A stretch of DNA of 31,081 nt from contig WRMU01000001.1 in the NCBI GenBank assembly GCA_009776965.1, positions 1 through 31,081 on the forward strand, written 5' to 3'. Below the pieces are notes generated by a model. It made no database searches. It saw only the letters and a program-made list of their open reading frames with translations, and was not told the DNA's origin. The position numbers and the translations under genes are program-made. Numbering within the stretch: the first letter of the stretch is position 1; each line of letters starts with the position of its first letter. The stretch comes from Microgenomates group bacterium (GTDB lineage Bacteria > Patescibacteriota > Microgenomatia > UBA1400 > PJMF01). Below are positions 19,578 to 27,523 of this stretch, piece by piece.

Positions 19578-19805
19578 TTAAGCGAATATGCAGAGTAACG
19601 CAACTACTAATGCATAAATACCAGTGGATTCACAAATCGCCATCACCACAAACAAAGTGCTAGTAATTTTATCAGCTGCTTCTGGATTACGTCCAATTGC
19701 TTCGTATGCCTTACCTCCCACATAACCCTCAGCCAAAGCTGGCCCCAAAGCACCTAAGCCCATCGAAACCCCTGCCGCCACATATCTTAAAACTTCTGAT
19801 TCCAT
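19578..19805 (-). CDS. atpE: Fo c subunit with Na+-type signature (P22, E26, E59-S60-T61, Y64)
   Basis: Gly-rich helix 1, RNPE loop, ESTGIY in helix 2. Confidence 0.97.
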   Translation of the reverse strand: MESEVLRYVAAGVSMGLGALGPALAEGYVGGKAYEAIGRNPEAADKITSTLFVVMAICESTGIYALVVALLCIFA

Positions 19806-19844
19806 AAATACCTTTCTGTTTATATTACTTTTTTTAATTAATAA

Positions 19845-20600
19845 TTACTTTTTATTTTTTACTACTGCCACCTCTTTTTCTTCTCCCATCGCTTGTCCCA
19901 AATAAACCGTGGCTAACGATGCGAATACTAAGGCTTGAACCACACAAGTGAGCATGCTCAAAAACGTAAATGGGATGGGCAGAATAAAAGGAGCTAAAAA
20001 CATCATCACTGCTGTCAATACCTCGCCCGCAAATAAATTGCCGAATAAGCGAAAAGACAAAGACAGGGCCTTAGCCAGCTCACCAACAATATTCATCAGC
20101 CCTAACACAAAATTAATCGGGCTAGAAAAATCAAACCATTGTTTCATATAAGGCTTAATTCCCTGATATGTGATAAACAAAACCTGCACTAGCCCTACCA
20201 CCAGCAAAGTTAACACTAACACTTGTCCGTAATCAGCCAATGCTGTGCGGAAAATAGGGACTTCTCCTTGCTCTCTGCGCAGCGAGAAAGCACTTAAAGC
20301 TGGCATTAAGCTGAATAAATTACAAAACAAAATATAAAAGAACAGCGTAATTACTAAAGGGAAAAGTTTTTTGGTTTTGTCGCGACTTCCGGTCATCATA
20401 CTTACACTATTCAACATCCATTCCACCACCATTTCCACTGCCACCTGTAATTTGTTAGGTATCAACTGCCATTTTTTCATCACTCCTAATATCATTCCCA
20501 ACAACAGCAAAGTCACCACCATCTGCCAAAAAAAAGAATTGGTTACCCCGAAGCCAAAAATGGTAAACAAAACTTCTGGCGACAGCGATATATTAATCAT
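19845..20600 (-). CDS. atpB: Fo a subunit
   Basis: P..LQVAVE, SLSFRLFGNLFAGE (essential Arg), VQALVFASL..Y. Confidence 0.97.
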   Translation of the reverse strand: MINISLSPEVLFTIFGFGVTNSFFWQMVVTLLLLGMILGVMKKWQLIPNKLQVAVEMVVEWMLNSVSMMTGSRDKTKKLFPLVITLFFYILFCNLFSLMPALSAFSLRREQGEVPIFRTALADYGQVLVLTLLVVGLVQVLFITYQGIKPYMKQWFDFSSPINFVLGLMNIVGELAKALSLSFRLFGNLFAGEVLTAVMMFLAPFILPIPFTFLSMLTCVVQALVFASLATVYLGQAMGEEKEVAVVKNKK

Positions 20601-20836
20601 TTCTTAGCGGTTTCATCCACCTTTCTTTTTGCAAATACCGAAATAATCAACGTAGTGGTTAAAAAAGCAGCCACTATCCCAGCTGCCAAAAACAAAGCAT
20701 TATTAAAAACAGAGTGTAACCAAAAACCCAATCCTCCCAAAACCAATAGAGGTAACAAAGTAACCTTCATACTAAAAAGACGAGCTTCTTTGCGGACTTG
20801 GTTCATGGCGTCTATAGCCTCTGCCTGTGTTTTCAT
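20597..20836 (-). CDS. AtpZ/AtpI-like two-TM protein (start 20836 preferred)
   Basis: First in the operon, ATGA overlap with atpB, two TM helices. The track start (20884) lies upstream of the promoter. Confidence 0.65.
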   Translation of the reverse strand: MKTQAEAIDAMNQVRKEARLFSMKVTLLPLLVLGGLGFWLHSVFNNALFLAAGIVAAFLTTTLIISVFAKRKVDETAKK

Positions 20837-20851
20837 AAAAACCCAACGCGG

Positions 20852-20880
20852 ATTATATAGTACCTCCCCTCCTCTGTCAA
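20852..20880 (-). promoter_or_regulatory. Perfect consensus sigma70 promoter TTGACA-N17-TATAAT of the atp operon
   Basis: Plus-strand TGTCAA at 20875-20880, ATTATA at 20852-20857, 17-nt spacer. Confidence 0.85.
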
Positions 20881-20895
20881 TCATTGATTGACAGA
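20873..20895. repeat. Perfect 23-bp palindrome TCTGTCAATCA-T-TGATTGACAGA over the atp -35
   Basis: 11-bp arms around a 1-nt centre, seen directly. Confidence 0.9.
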
Positions 20896-20896
20896 T

Positions 20897-23191
20897 TTAG
20901 CGTCTCGGCCTAAAAGGACGGCCGCTACCATTGGGTCGGCCATTGCCATTAGGCCTACTACCTCTAAATCCGCTTTGTTGTCTTGGAGGTCGGGCGTTTC
21001 TACTAGCCGCAACTTCTTCTTCTTGCTCTAAAGTCAGCATCGACAGCTTAATCTTCCCATCATCCTGAATCCCCGACACTCTGATATGTACTTTATCGCC
21101 CAGCTTAACTATGTCGCTAGCATCACGCACATAATCAGTACTCATCGCCGACACATGGATCAAACCTTCCTGACTGGGGAGATACTCCGCAAAAGCGCCA
21201 TAACTCTCCACTCGTGTCACCACTGCTTCATATTCCTCTCCCACTGCCGCCTCGTGCATCATTCCCGCAATATACTTCACACATCTCTCGATCGCTTCCA
21301 GATCCGTGCCCGAAACATTAACATTGCCCACCTGTTTTTCTTCATCCTCATCCACATCAATTTGCACTTCAAACTGTTCAATCAGTCTCTTAATGTTTTT
21401 ACCCCCTGGGCCAATCAATTCTCCAATCTTCCCCGCTGGAATTACTAACTGTTGAATCTTAGGCGCATATACGGACAACTCTTTTCTTGGCTCACTAATT
21501 ATCTCCAGCATTTTATCTAAAATAAACAATCTCGCTGTTTTAGCCTTGGCCAATGCTTCTGTCAAGATTTTAGTAGAAATACCCTTCACCTTAATATCCA
21601 TCTGCAAAGCGGTAATGCCCTGCGCGCTGCCTGCCACTTTGAAATCCATATCTCCGCAATGGTCTTCCACATCTTTAATATCCGACAAAATCTGATATTT
21701 AGTTGAACCGTCGGCGATTGCCTCAGCAGCCACCAAACCCATCGCAATTCCTGCCACCGGTCGCCTGATGGGTACTCCCGCCGCCATCAGCGACAAAGTT
21801 GATCCACACACCGCTGCCTGCGATGTTGAACCATTAGAGCTCAGAATCTCGCTCACCACGTGAATGGTATAAGGAAACTCCTCATGAGCAGGCAACATCG
21901 GCAATAAAGCCCTCTGAGCTAGCGCTCCATGCCCAATTTCGCGTCTTTTCGGCGATCCTAATCTTCCTGCATCGCCGGAAGCAAAAGGGGGCATATTGTA
22001 GTGATGCATATAATGATGCACTTCTTCACCGCCCATATCTTCCACATATTGCCCCAAAGCCGGTGGTGCCAAAGTGGTAATTGTCACTGCTTGAGTTGCT
22101 CCGCGCTTAAACATCGCGCTTCCATGAGTTCTCGGGAAAATATCCACCTCACAAATAATAGGCCTGATTTCATCGACCTTTCTCCCATCAGGACGTTGTC
22201 CATCTTCCAGAATCATCTCTCGCACCGCCTCATGAATTAGTTCCGACAACACATTATTAATATCCGCATTATTAATTTCTTGTACTTCTTCCTCAGTAGG
22301 TATAGTTTGCGCTAGCTTCTCTTGGATTTTCTCCAAAACCTGCTCTTTTTCTTTGCTCAAGTCCACCGCCTCGAATCTAGCTTCTTTCTCCACCACCTCT
22401 CTCACATCCATTACTTCCCTCAAGAAAGGCTCAATGATTGCTCTTTTAGCCGCAAAACTTTCCGTATTGTCCTCCCAGACAATCTTTTCTCTACCAATCT
22501 CTGCAGCAATTTTAGTAAATTGCTGACAAATGTCGCTAATAGTTTTTTGCGCCAAATCGAGAGCCTTGACCATCACTTCTTCGCTCACCTCGTTCCCTCC
22601 TGCTTCCACCATCGCAATTGCCTTAGCCGTTCCTCCCACAATCAAATCTAAATCAGATGTTTCTCTCTCCTCCTCAGTAGGGTTGAGAATAAACTCATCA
22701 GTGTTTTTATAATAGCCCACTCGCAAGCCCGCCATTGGCCCGTCAAAGGGAATATCACTCAAGGTCATCGCCAAACCAGTGGCCAGCATCCCTACCACCC
22801 CGTCATCATTCTGTTTATCATAAGAAAAAACCGTATTTACCACCTGCACTTCACGCATAAAACCTTCAGGAAACAAAGGTCTAATGGTCCTGTCAATCAC
22901 TCGCGATTTCAAAATTGCCTCGTCGGTTGGCCTTCCGTCTCTTTTCACCCACCTAGAACCCTTAATAATTCCTCCCGCATATAACTTTTCCGCAAAATCC
23001 ACGCTTAAAGGAAAATAGCCCAAATTAGACACACTCCCCATCGCTGCCGTGGTATGCACCACCGTATCCCCACATTGCGCCAAGACTGCTGCACTGGCTT
23101 GTTCCGAGAACTTGCCAATAGTCATCTTAACCTCTTTTTCACCCACTTTAATAGTAGTCACATATTCATGACCAAAAACTGGATATGACAT
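20897..23191 (-). CDS. pnp: Polyribonucleotide nucleotidyltransferase (start 23191 preferred)
   Basis: FPLSVDF, DRTIRPLFP, RTHGSAMFKRGATQ, RREIGHG, SNGSTS, GDMDFKVAG, KH (IGELIGPGG), S1 (GLIHVS), and an R/G/P-rich tail. Confidence 0.97.
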   Translation of the reverse strand: MSYPVFGHEYVTTIKVGEKEVKMTIGKFSEQASAAVLAQCGDTVVHTTAAMGSVSNLGYFPLSVDFAEKLYAGGIIKGSRWVKRDGRPTDEAILKSRVIDRTIRPLFPEGFMREVQVVNTVFSYDKQNDDGVVGMLATGLAMTLSDIPFDGPMAGLRVGYYKNTDEFILNPTEEERETSDLDLIVGGTAKAIAMVEAGGNEVSEEVMVKALDLAQKTISDICQQFTKIAAEIGREKIVWEDNTESFAAKRAIIEPFLREVMDVREVVEKEARFEAVDLSKEKEQVLEKIQEKLAQTIPTEEEVQEINNADINNVLSELIHEAVREMILEDGQRPDGRKVDEIRPIICEVDIFPRTHGSAMFKRGATQAVTITTLAPPALGQYVEDMGGEEVHHYMHHYNMPPFASGDAGRLGSPKRREIGHGALAQRALLPMLPAHEEFPYTIHVVSEILSSNGSTSQAAVCGSTLSLMAAGVPIRRPVAGIAMGLVAAEAIADGSTKYQILSDIKDVEDHCGDMDFKVAGSAQGITALQMDIKVKGISTKILTEALAKAKTARLFILDKMLEIISEPRKELSVYAPKIQQLVIPAGKIGELIGPGGKNIKRLIEQFEVQIDVDEDEEKQVGNVNVSGTDLEAIERCVKYIAGMMHEAAVGEEYEAVVTRVESYGAFAEYLPSQEGLIHVSAMSTDYVRDASDIVKLGDKVHIRVSGIQDDGKIKLSMLTLEQEEEVAASRNARPPRQQSGFRGSRPNGNGRPNGSGRPFRPRR

Positions 23192-23218
23192 AAAATCTTT
23201 CTTCAAAGCGCCAAGAAA

Positions 23219-23298
23219 ACTGTTGGTGAGTGCTATACAAGAATTAACAAATATCCTGTCCTAAGCTTATTAACTCTTGAGAACTCTCACTAAACAGT
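23219..23298 (-). promoter_or_regulatory. About 29-bp imperfect stem-loop in the pnp 5' leader
   Basis: Arms 23219-23247 and 23270-23298 are imperfect reverse complements; two mismatches resolve as G-U on the minus (transcribed) strand. Confidence 0.7.
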
Positions 23299-23341
23299 GC
23301 TGATCTTTTTGCTTTCTATTTATTTTTTACTAATCGACCAC

Positions 23342-23350
23342 ATTATACCA
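23342..23350 (-). promoter_or_regulatory. Extended -10 TGgTATAAT of pnp (about 145-nt leader)
   Basis: Plus-strand ATTATACCA at 23342-23350. Confidence 0.65.
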
Positions 23351-23357
23351 TACTTAA

Positions 23358-23396
23358 AAAAAACTTTCTCTATTAATTTTATAGAGAAAGTTTTTT
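23358..23396. repeat. Perfect 16-bp inverted repeat with 7-nt spacer between the pnp and uxs promoters
   Basis: AAAAAACTTTCTCTAT (23358-23373) and ATAGAGAAAGTTTTTT (23381-23396). Confidence 0.9.
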
Positions 23397-23404
23397 AAGA
23401 GAAA

Positions 23405-23413
23405 TGTTATAAT
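23405..23413 (+). promoter_or_regulatory. Extended -10 TGtTATAAT, 8 nt before ATG 23422
   Basis: Seen directly. Confidence 0.7.
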
Positions 23414-23421
23414 AGAAAAAT

Positions 23422-24384
23422 ATGCACTACTACCAAAACAAAACAATTTTAGTCACCGGAGCAGCAGGTTTTATTGGCAGCCATTTAGTCCACTCTCTCC
23501 TGCAAGCAGGCGCCAAAGTAATCGGCGTAGACAATTTTATCTCCAGCGAAACTAGCAACAAAAATCTCCAAGACGTTTTAGACCATCAAAACTTTAATTT
23601 TGAGTTCGGCGATGCAGCCTCAGATCCCCACCTCTATTTACCTCAAGGAGTTAAAATTGATGCAATTTTCCATTTTGCTTCGCCGGCCAGTCCTCCAATC
23701 TACCAAAAATATCCCGTAGAAACTTATCTGGTGAACAGTTTAGGCACTCATCACTTGGCGTTTTGGCTTAAAAAACACAATCCTCAGGGAAGATTGCTCT
23801 TTGCCAGTACTTCGGAGGTTTATGGTAACCCTCTCGAACACCCCCAGAAAGAAAGTTATTGGGGAAATGTTAATCCCAACGGAGTGCGCAGTTGTTATGA
23901 TGAAAGCAAGAGGATGGGGGAGACGGTATGCGGAGTATTCTATCGAGATTTTGGTTTAGACACCAGACTAGTAAGGATTTTTAATACCTATGGCCCGAGC
24001 ATGAACCCTAATGACGGACGAATTATCCCTCAATTCATCCAGCAAGCTCAGGAGAATATACCTCTAACTGTTTATGGCGATGGCAGCCAAACTAGGAGTT
24101 ATTGTTATGTGGATGATTTGGTGCGGGGGCTGCTGTTATTTATGGCCAAAGATGAACTTAAGGGAGAAACTATAAATCTGGGCAACCCCGAGGAATATAC
24201 AGTATTGGAGACAGCCCGAATCTTCAACGAATTGGCAGGTAGGGACAAAGATATGATTGAGTTTAGACCCCTGCCTAGTGACGATCCGGTCAAGAGAAAA
24301 CCAGATATTAGTAAAGCGAAAAAGCTGCTAGGCTGGGAGCCAGAAGTTGCCTTTAGAGAAGGGTTGACACGATGTCTGGAATAA
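23422..24384 (+). CDS. UDP-glucuronate decarboxylase (UDP-xylose synthase)-like extended SDR
   Basis: TGAAGFIG, ASPASP..Y, ASTSEVYG, YWGNVNP.GVRSCYDESKR, RIFNTYGP, DDP..RKPDI. Confidence 0.88.
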   Translation: MHYYQNKTILVTGAAGFIGSHLVHSLLQAGAKVIGVDNFISSETSNKNLQDVLDHQNFNFEFGDAASDPHLYLPQGVKIDAIFHFASPASPPIYQKYPVETYLVNSLGTHHLAFWLKKHNPQGRLLFASTSEVYGNPLEHPQKESYWGNVNPNGVRSCYDESKRMGETVCGVFYRDFGLDTRLVRIFNTYGPSMNPNDGRIIPQFIQQAQENIPLTVYGDGSQTRSYCYVDDLVRGLLLFMAKDELKGETINLGNPEEYTVLETARIFNELAGRDKDMIEFRPLPSDDPVKRKPDISKAKKLLGWEPEVAFREGLTRCLE

Positions 24385-25529
24385 AAGTCGGCCTCGATGC
24401 CACTAGTCTTGTTTACGGTCGCGGCGTCTCCCGCTACACCGCCAACCTCATCCGTGCCCTCACCCTCCAAAGCGCCGACATTGATTTAAGTGTCTATGCC
24501 GTCGCCAATAAACACCACCGCAAAGAGCTCTCCAAAGCCATCAATAGCCTCCGCCCCGAAGGCGGCGAAAGGTTTGCCCTCCATCTAGAAACCACCCCTT
24601 TGCGCCTGCAACAACTCAAATGGCGTTTGGGTTTAAGCCCCATTTCTCGCCATTTCCCCAACCTCGAAGTTTTGCATAGCTGGGACTATCTCCAACCGCC
24701 AGACAAAAACATTCCCCTCGTCTCCACTATCCACGACGTCTCCATGCTCAAATACCCCGACACTGCTCATTCGGCTATTCTCGCCGCCCATCAGTATTCT
24801 TGGCGACTCCTTCAAGACCGAGGCGCTCAGATCATCACCGATAGCCAGCAGAGTAGGGAAGACATCATTAATTATTTGGGCTTTGCTCCCTACCAAGTAA
24901 CTACTATTCCTCTTGCCGTCCCCCAAGAAACCATTGATCTCGCCCATAACTTAACTAGCGATCAATACCAGATCATCCAAAACGAGCTTTTAGTAGGACC
25001 CAACTATCGCCCTTATATATTTTTTGTCGGTACCCGCGAGCCTCGCAAAAACCTCTCTCGCATGATCGCAGCTTGGCAGAGTCTGGACGTCGACCTTGAT
25101 TTTATTATTGCTGGAGCCGAGGGTTGGGATAGAGATATTGATTTTATTCCTTCTCCTTCCCGCCAACTCCGTTTTCTAGGGAGGGTCAGCGATGCTCAGC
25201 TTGCCGTCCTCTATAATGAGGCCCAATTTCTCGCCTTTTGCTCTCTCGACGAAGGCTTCGGTCTTCCCGTTTTAGAAGCTTTCTATTATGGCACTCGCGT
25301 CTTAACCAGCGACATTCCCGTTATGCGCGAAGTGGGCGGCGACGCTGCTGTTTTTGTTAATCCTCAGGATAAAGAGAGTATTCGCCAAGGGATGATCAAT
25401 CTTCTCGAAGAAAATACTAAAAAACAAACCCTGCGTGCTCAAAAAATGCGCCTGCAAAACGAGAAGTTTTCTTGGCAAAAAACCGCCCAAGACACCATTG
25501 CTGTTTACCAAAAATCCTTAACGTCGTAA
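24372..25529 (+). CDS. Glycosyltransferase family 4 (GT-B)
   Basis: GVSRYT, STIHD, FVGTREPRKN, EGFGLPVLEA (Ex7E), EVGGDAA, FSWQKTA. Confidence 0.9.
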   Translation: MSGIKVGLDATSLVYGRGVSRYTANLIRALTLQSADIDLSVYAVANKHHRKELSKAINSLRPEGGERFALHLETTPLRLQQLKWRLGLSPISRHFPNLEVLHSWDYLQPPDKNIPLVSTIHDVSMLKYPDTAHSAILAAHQYSWRLLQDRGAQIITDSQQSREDIINYLGFAPYQVTTIPLAVPQETIDLAHNLTSDQYQIIQNELLVGPNYRPYIFFVGTREPRKNLSRMIAAWQSLDVDLDFIIAGAEGWDRDIDFIPSPSRQLRFLGRVSDAQLAVLYNEAQFLAFCSLDEGFGLPVLEAFYYGTRVLTSDIPVMREVGGDAAVFVNPQDKESIRQGMINLLEENTKKQTLRAQKMRLQNEKFSWQKTAQDTIAVYQKSLTS

Positions 25530-27497
25530 AAACTCCTCAATACTCATATCATCGCGCAGTAAATCGTCCAACATATTGTCGTCTATGATCAGCTTCCGCC
25601 CTTCGTCCAGTTTTTTCTCAACTTGTTGCCTTCCGGAGTAGGTGGGATTGTTTCTCCTAGACGGATATTTGTATTTCCAACCTCCATCCTCCGTTTCATA
25701 TTCACTTTTTTTACTCCAGCAGATTATCCTCTCTGGCAAATCGGCCAGAAACCTGCTTTCTGTCGCTTCGGTAATGCTGCCATACTGCCATCTTTTGCGC
25801 GCCAAAGTCAAGCACAGCCTCTCCTTGGCCCTAGTCATCCCCACATAACAAAGTCGTCGCTCCTCCGCCAAGCCCACCGGATCAAGTAATGATCTAGCAT
25901 GCGGTAGCAATCCTTCCTCCATCCCCACCATGATCACTCCCCCAAACTCCAATCCCTTGGCGCTATGCAAACTCATTAAAGTCACTTTACTCTCCTGCTC
26001 CTCCTCCCTGCCCTCCGCCATATAACCATCTTGAATTAAAGCCACATTCTCCAAGAAGTTAGTTGTCTCCGTAAAAACTTCTGCCGAATTAATTAGCTCT
26101 AATACATTCTCCCATCTCGCTACCTCCTCCGCATCCTCCAAATCAAAAAACTCCTTATACGCCACCACCTCCACAATCTGCCGCAGCAACTCCGCTGGGG
26201 GGAGATCGGCCTTGGCTGTTTCCCTCCATTCCCAATATTTCTCCAGCCTTCGCTTGCCTATTTTTGTCACTCTAGCCAAACTGATCATATCCTGCGGATT
26301 AATTAAGATCCGCAAATAGGCCAGCATGTCTTTTACTTCTTTGCGCTCATAAAACTTGTACCCTCCCACCAACCGATAAGGAATGCCCAAATGCATCAAA
26401 CTTTCTTCAAAAGGCCTGCTCTGGGCATTGGTGCGGTATAAAATCGCCACTTCACTATAATCTAAGCCTTCTTCCCGCCACTTCCTAATTAGTGCGGCCA
26501 CAGTGCTAGCTTCCTTCATCCCCGTCCCCTCCTGCATAATTTCAATTTTTGTATTTCCCGATTTTTGCGTCCATAGTTTCAGGGTCGGATAGTCGGTGTT
26601 TTTGCTAATCACTGCCGTCGCTGCCGAGAGGATATTTTGTGTGCTGCGATAATTTTGCTCCAAGCAATACTCGACCACTGGACTAAAGTCTCGGCGTAAA
26701 TACTCCAAATTGGCATAGTCCGCCCCTCGCCAAGCATAAATGCTCTGGCTAAAGTCCCCCACCGCCAACAGATTTTGTTGCTCATTGGCCAGTAACCTCA
26801 TCAGCTTATACTGTGCTTTATTAGTATCCTGATATTCGTCAACCATCAAGTATTTGTATTGCCGCCGATAGGTCTCGCGCACTTGATCAAAATTGGTCAA
26901 TAAAGTGATGGTATTGTTTAATAAATCATCAAAGTCCATCGCCATCTGTTCGCGCAATTGCCGCTGATAGCTTCTATATGCCCTCGCCACAAAACGCATA
27001 TAGTCACTTCCTCCTCGCTCCTCCAAATCATCAGGCGTTTCCATATTGGATTTGGCCCGCGAAATAGCGTCCAGAACTGCCCGCGGTTTATATCGCTTCA
27101 CGTCCCAACCATTATCTTTATAAATATTTTTTAGTAGTGACAACTGATCATCAGCATCAAAAATTATCCAATTCAAATCATAATTTATCTTTGTCGCCTG
27201 AGTCCTCAATATTCTAGCGCATAAACTATGGAATGTCCCTGCCCAAGACAATTTTGAACCTACCATCATTTCCACCCTCCGTTTCATCTCCGCTGCCGCC
27301 TTATTAGTAAAAGTCACCAGCAAAATCTCATCCTCAAAAGCCTTATGAGTTGCCATCAGCCAAGCTGCCCTTGTCGTTAGTACCTTAGTCTTGCCGCTCC
27401 CCGCTCCTGCCAGCACCAACGCTGTACCTCCGTCATGTACTACTGCCTTTCGCTGCTGATCATTCAAAGCCGCCAAAACACCCTCAATTTCCTTCAT
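25518..27497 (-). CDS. pcrA: UvrD/PcrA-family SF1A helicase
   Basis: LNDQQ, AGAGSGKT, TFTNKAA, VDEYQDTN, VGDFSQSIYAWRGA, LEQNYRST, HSAKGLEF, EERRLCYVGMTRA. Confidence 0.92.
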   Translation of the reverse strand: MKEIEGVLAALNDQQRKAVVHDGGTALVLAGAGSGKTKVLTTRAAWLMATHKAFEDEILLVTFTNKAAAEMKRRVEMMVGSKLSWAGTFHSLCARILRTQATKINYDLNWIIFDADDQLSLLKNIYKDNGWDVKRYKPRAVLDAISRAKSNMETPDDLEERGGSDYMRFVARAYRSYQRQLREQMAMDFDDLLNNTITLLTNFDQVRETYRRQYKYLMVDEYQDTNKAQYKLMRLLANEQQNLLAVGDFSQSIYAWRGADYANLEYLRRDFSPVVEYCLEQNYRSTQNILSAATAVISKNTDYPTLKLWTQKSGNTKIEIMQEGTGMKEASTVAALIRKWREEGLDYSEVAILYRTNAQSRPFEESLMHLGIPYRLVGGYKFYERKEVKDMLAYLRILINPQDMISLARVTKIGKRRLEKYWEWRETAKADLPPAELLRQIVEVVAYKEFFDLEDAEEVARWENVLELINSAEVFTETTNFLENVALIQDGYMAEGREEEQESKVTLMSLHSAKGLEFGGVIMVGMEEGLLPHARSLLDPVGLAEERRLCYVGMTRAKERLCLTLARKRWQYGSITEATESRFLADLPERIICWSKKSEYETEDGGWKYKYPSRRNNPTYSGRQQVEKKLDEGRKLIIDDNMLDDLLRDDMSIEEFLRR

Positions 27498-27523
27498 ATA
27501 TCGGATATTTTCATACCTGCAAT

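Noticed and set aside
27498-27523. Leaderless -10 box for pcrA
   Set aside because: No TAnnnT at the expected spacing; pcrA may be co-transcribed with the giant protein gene.
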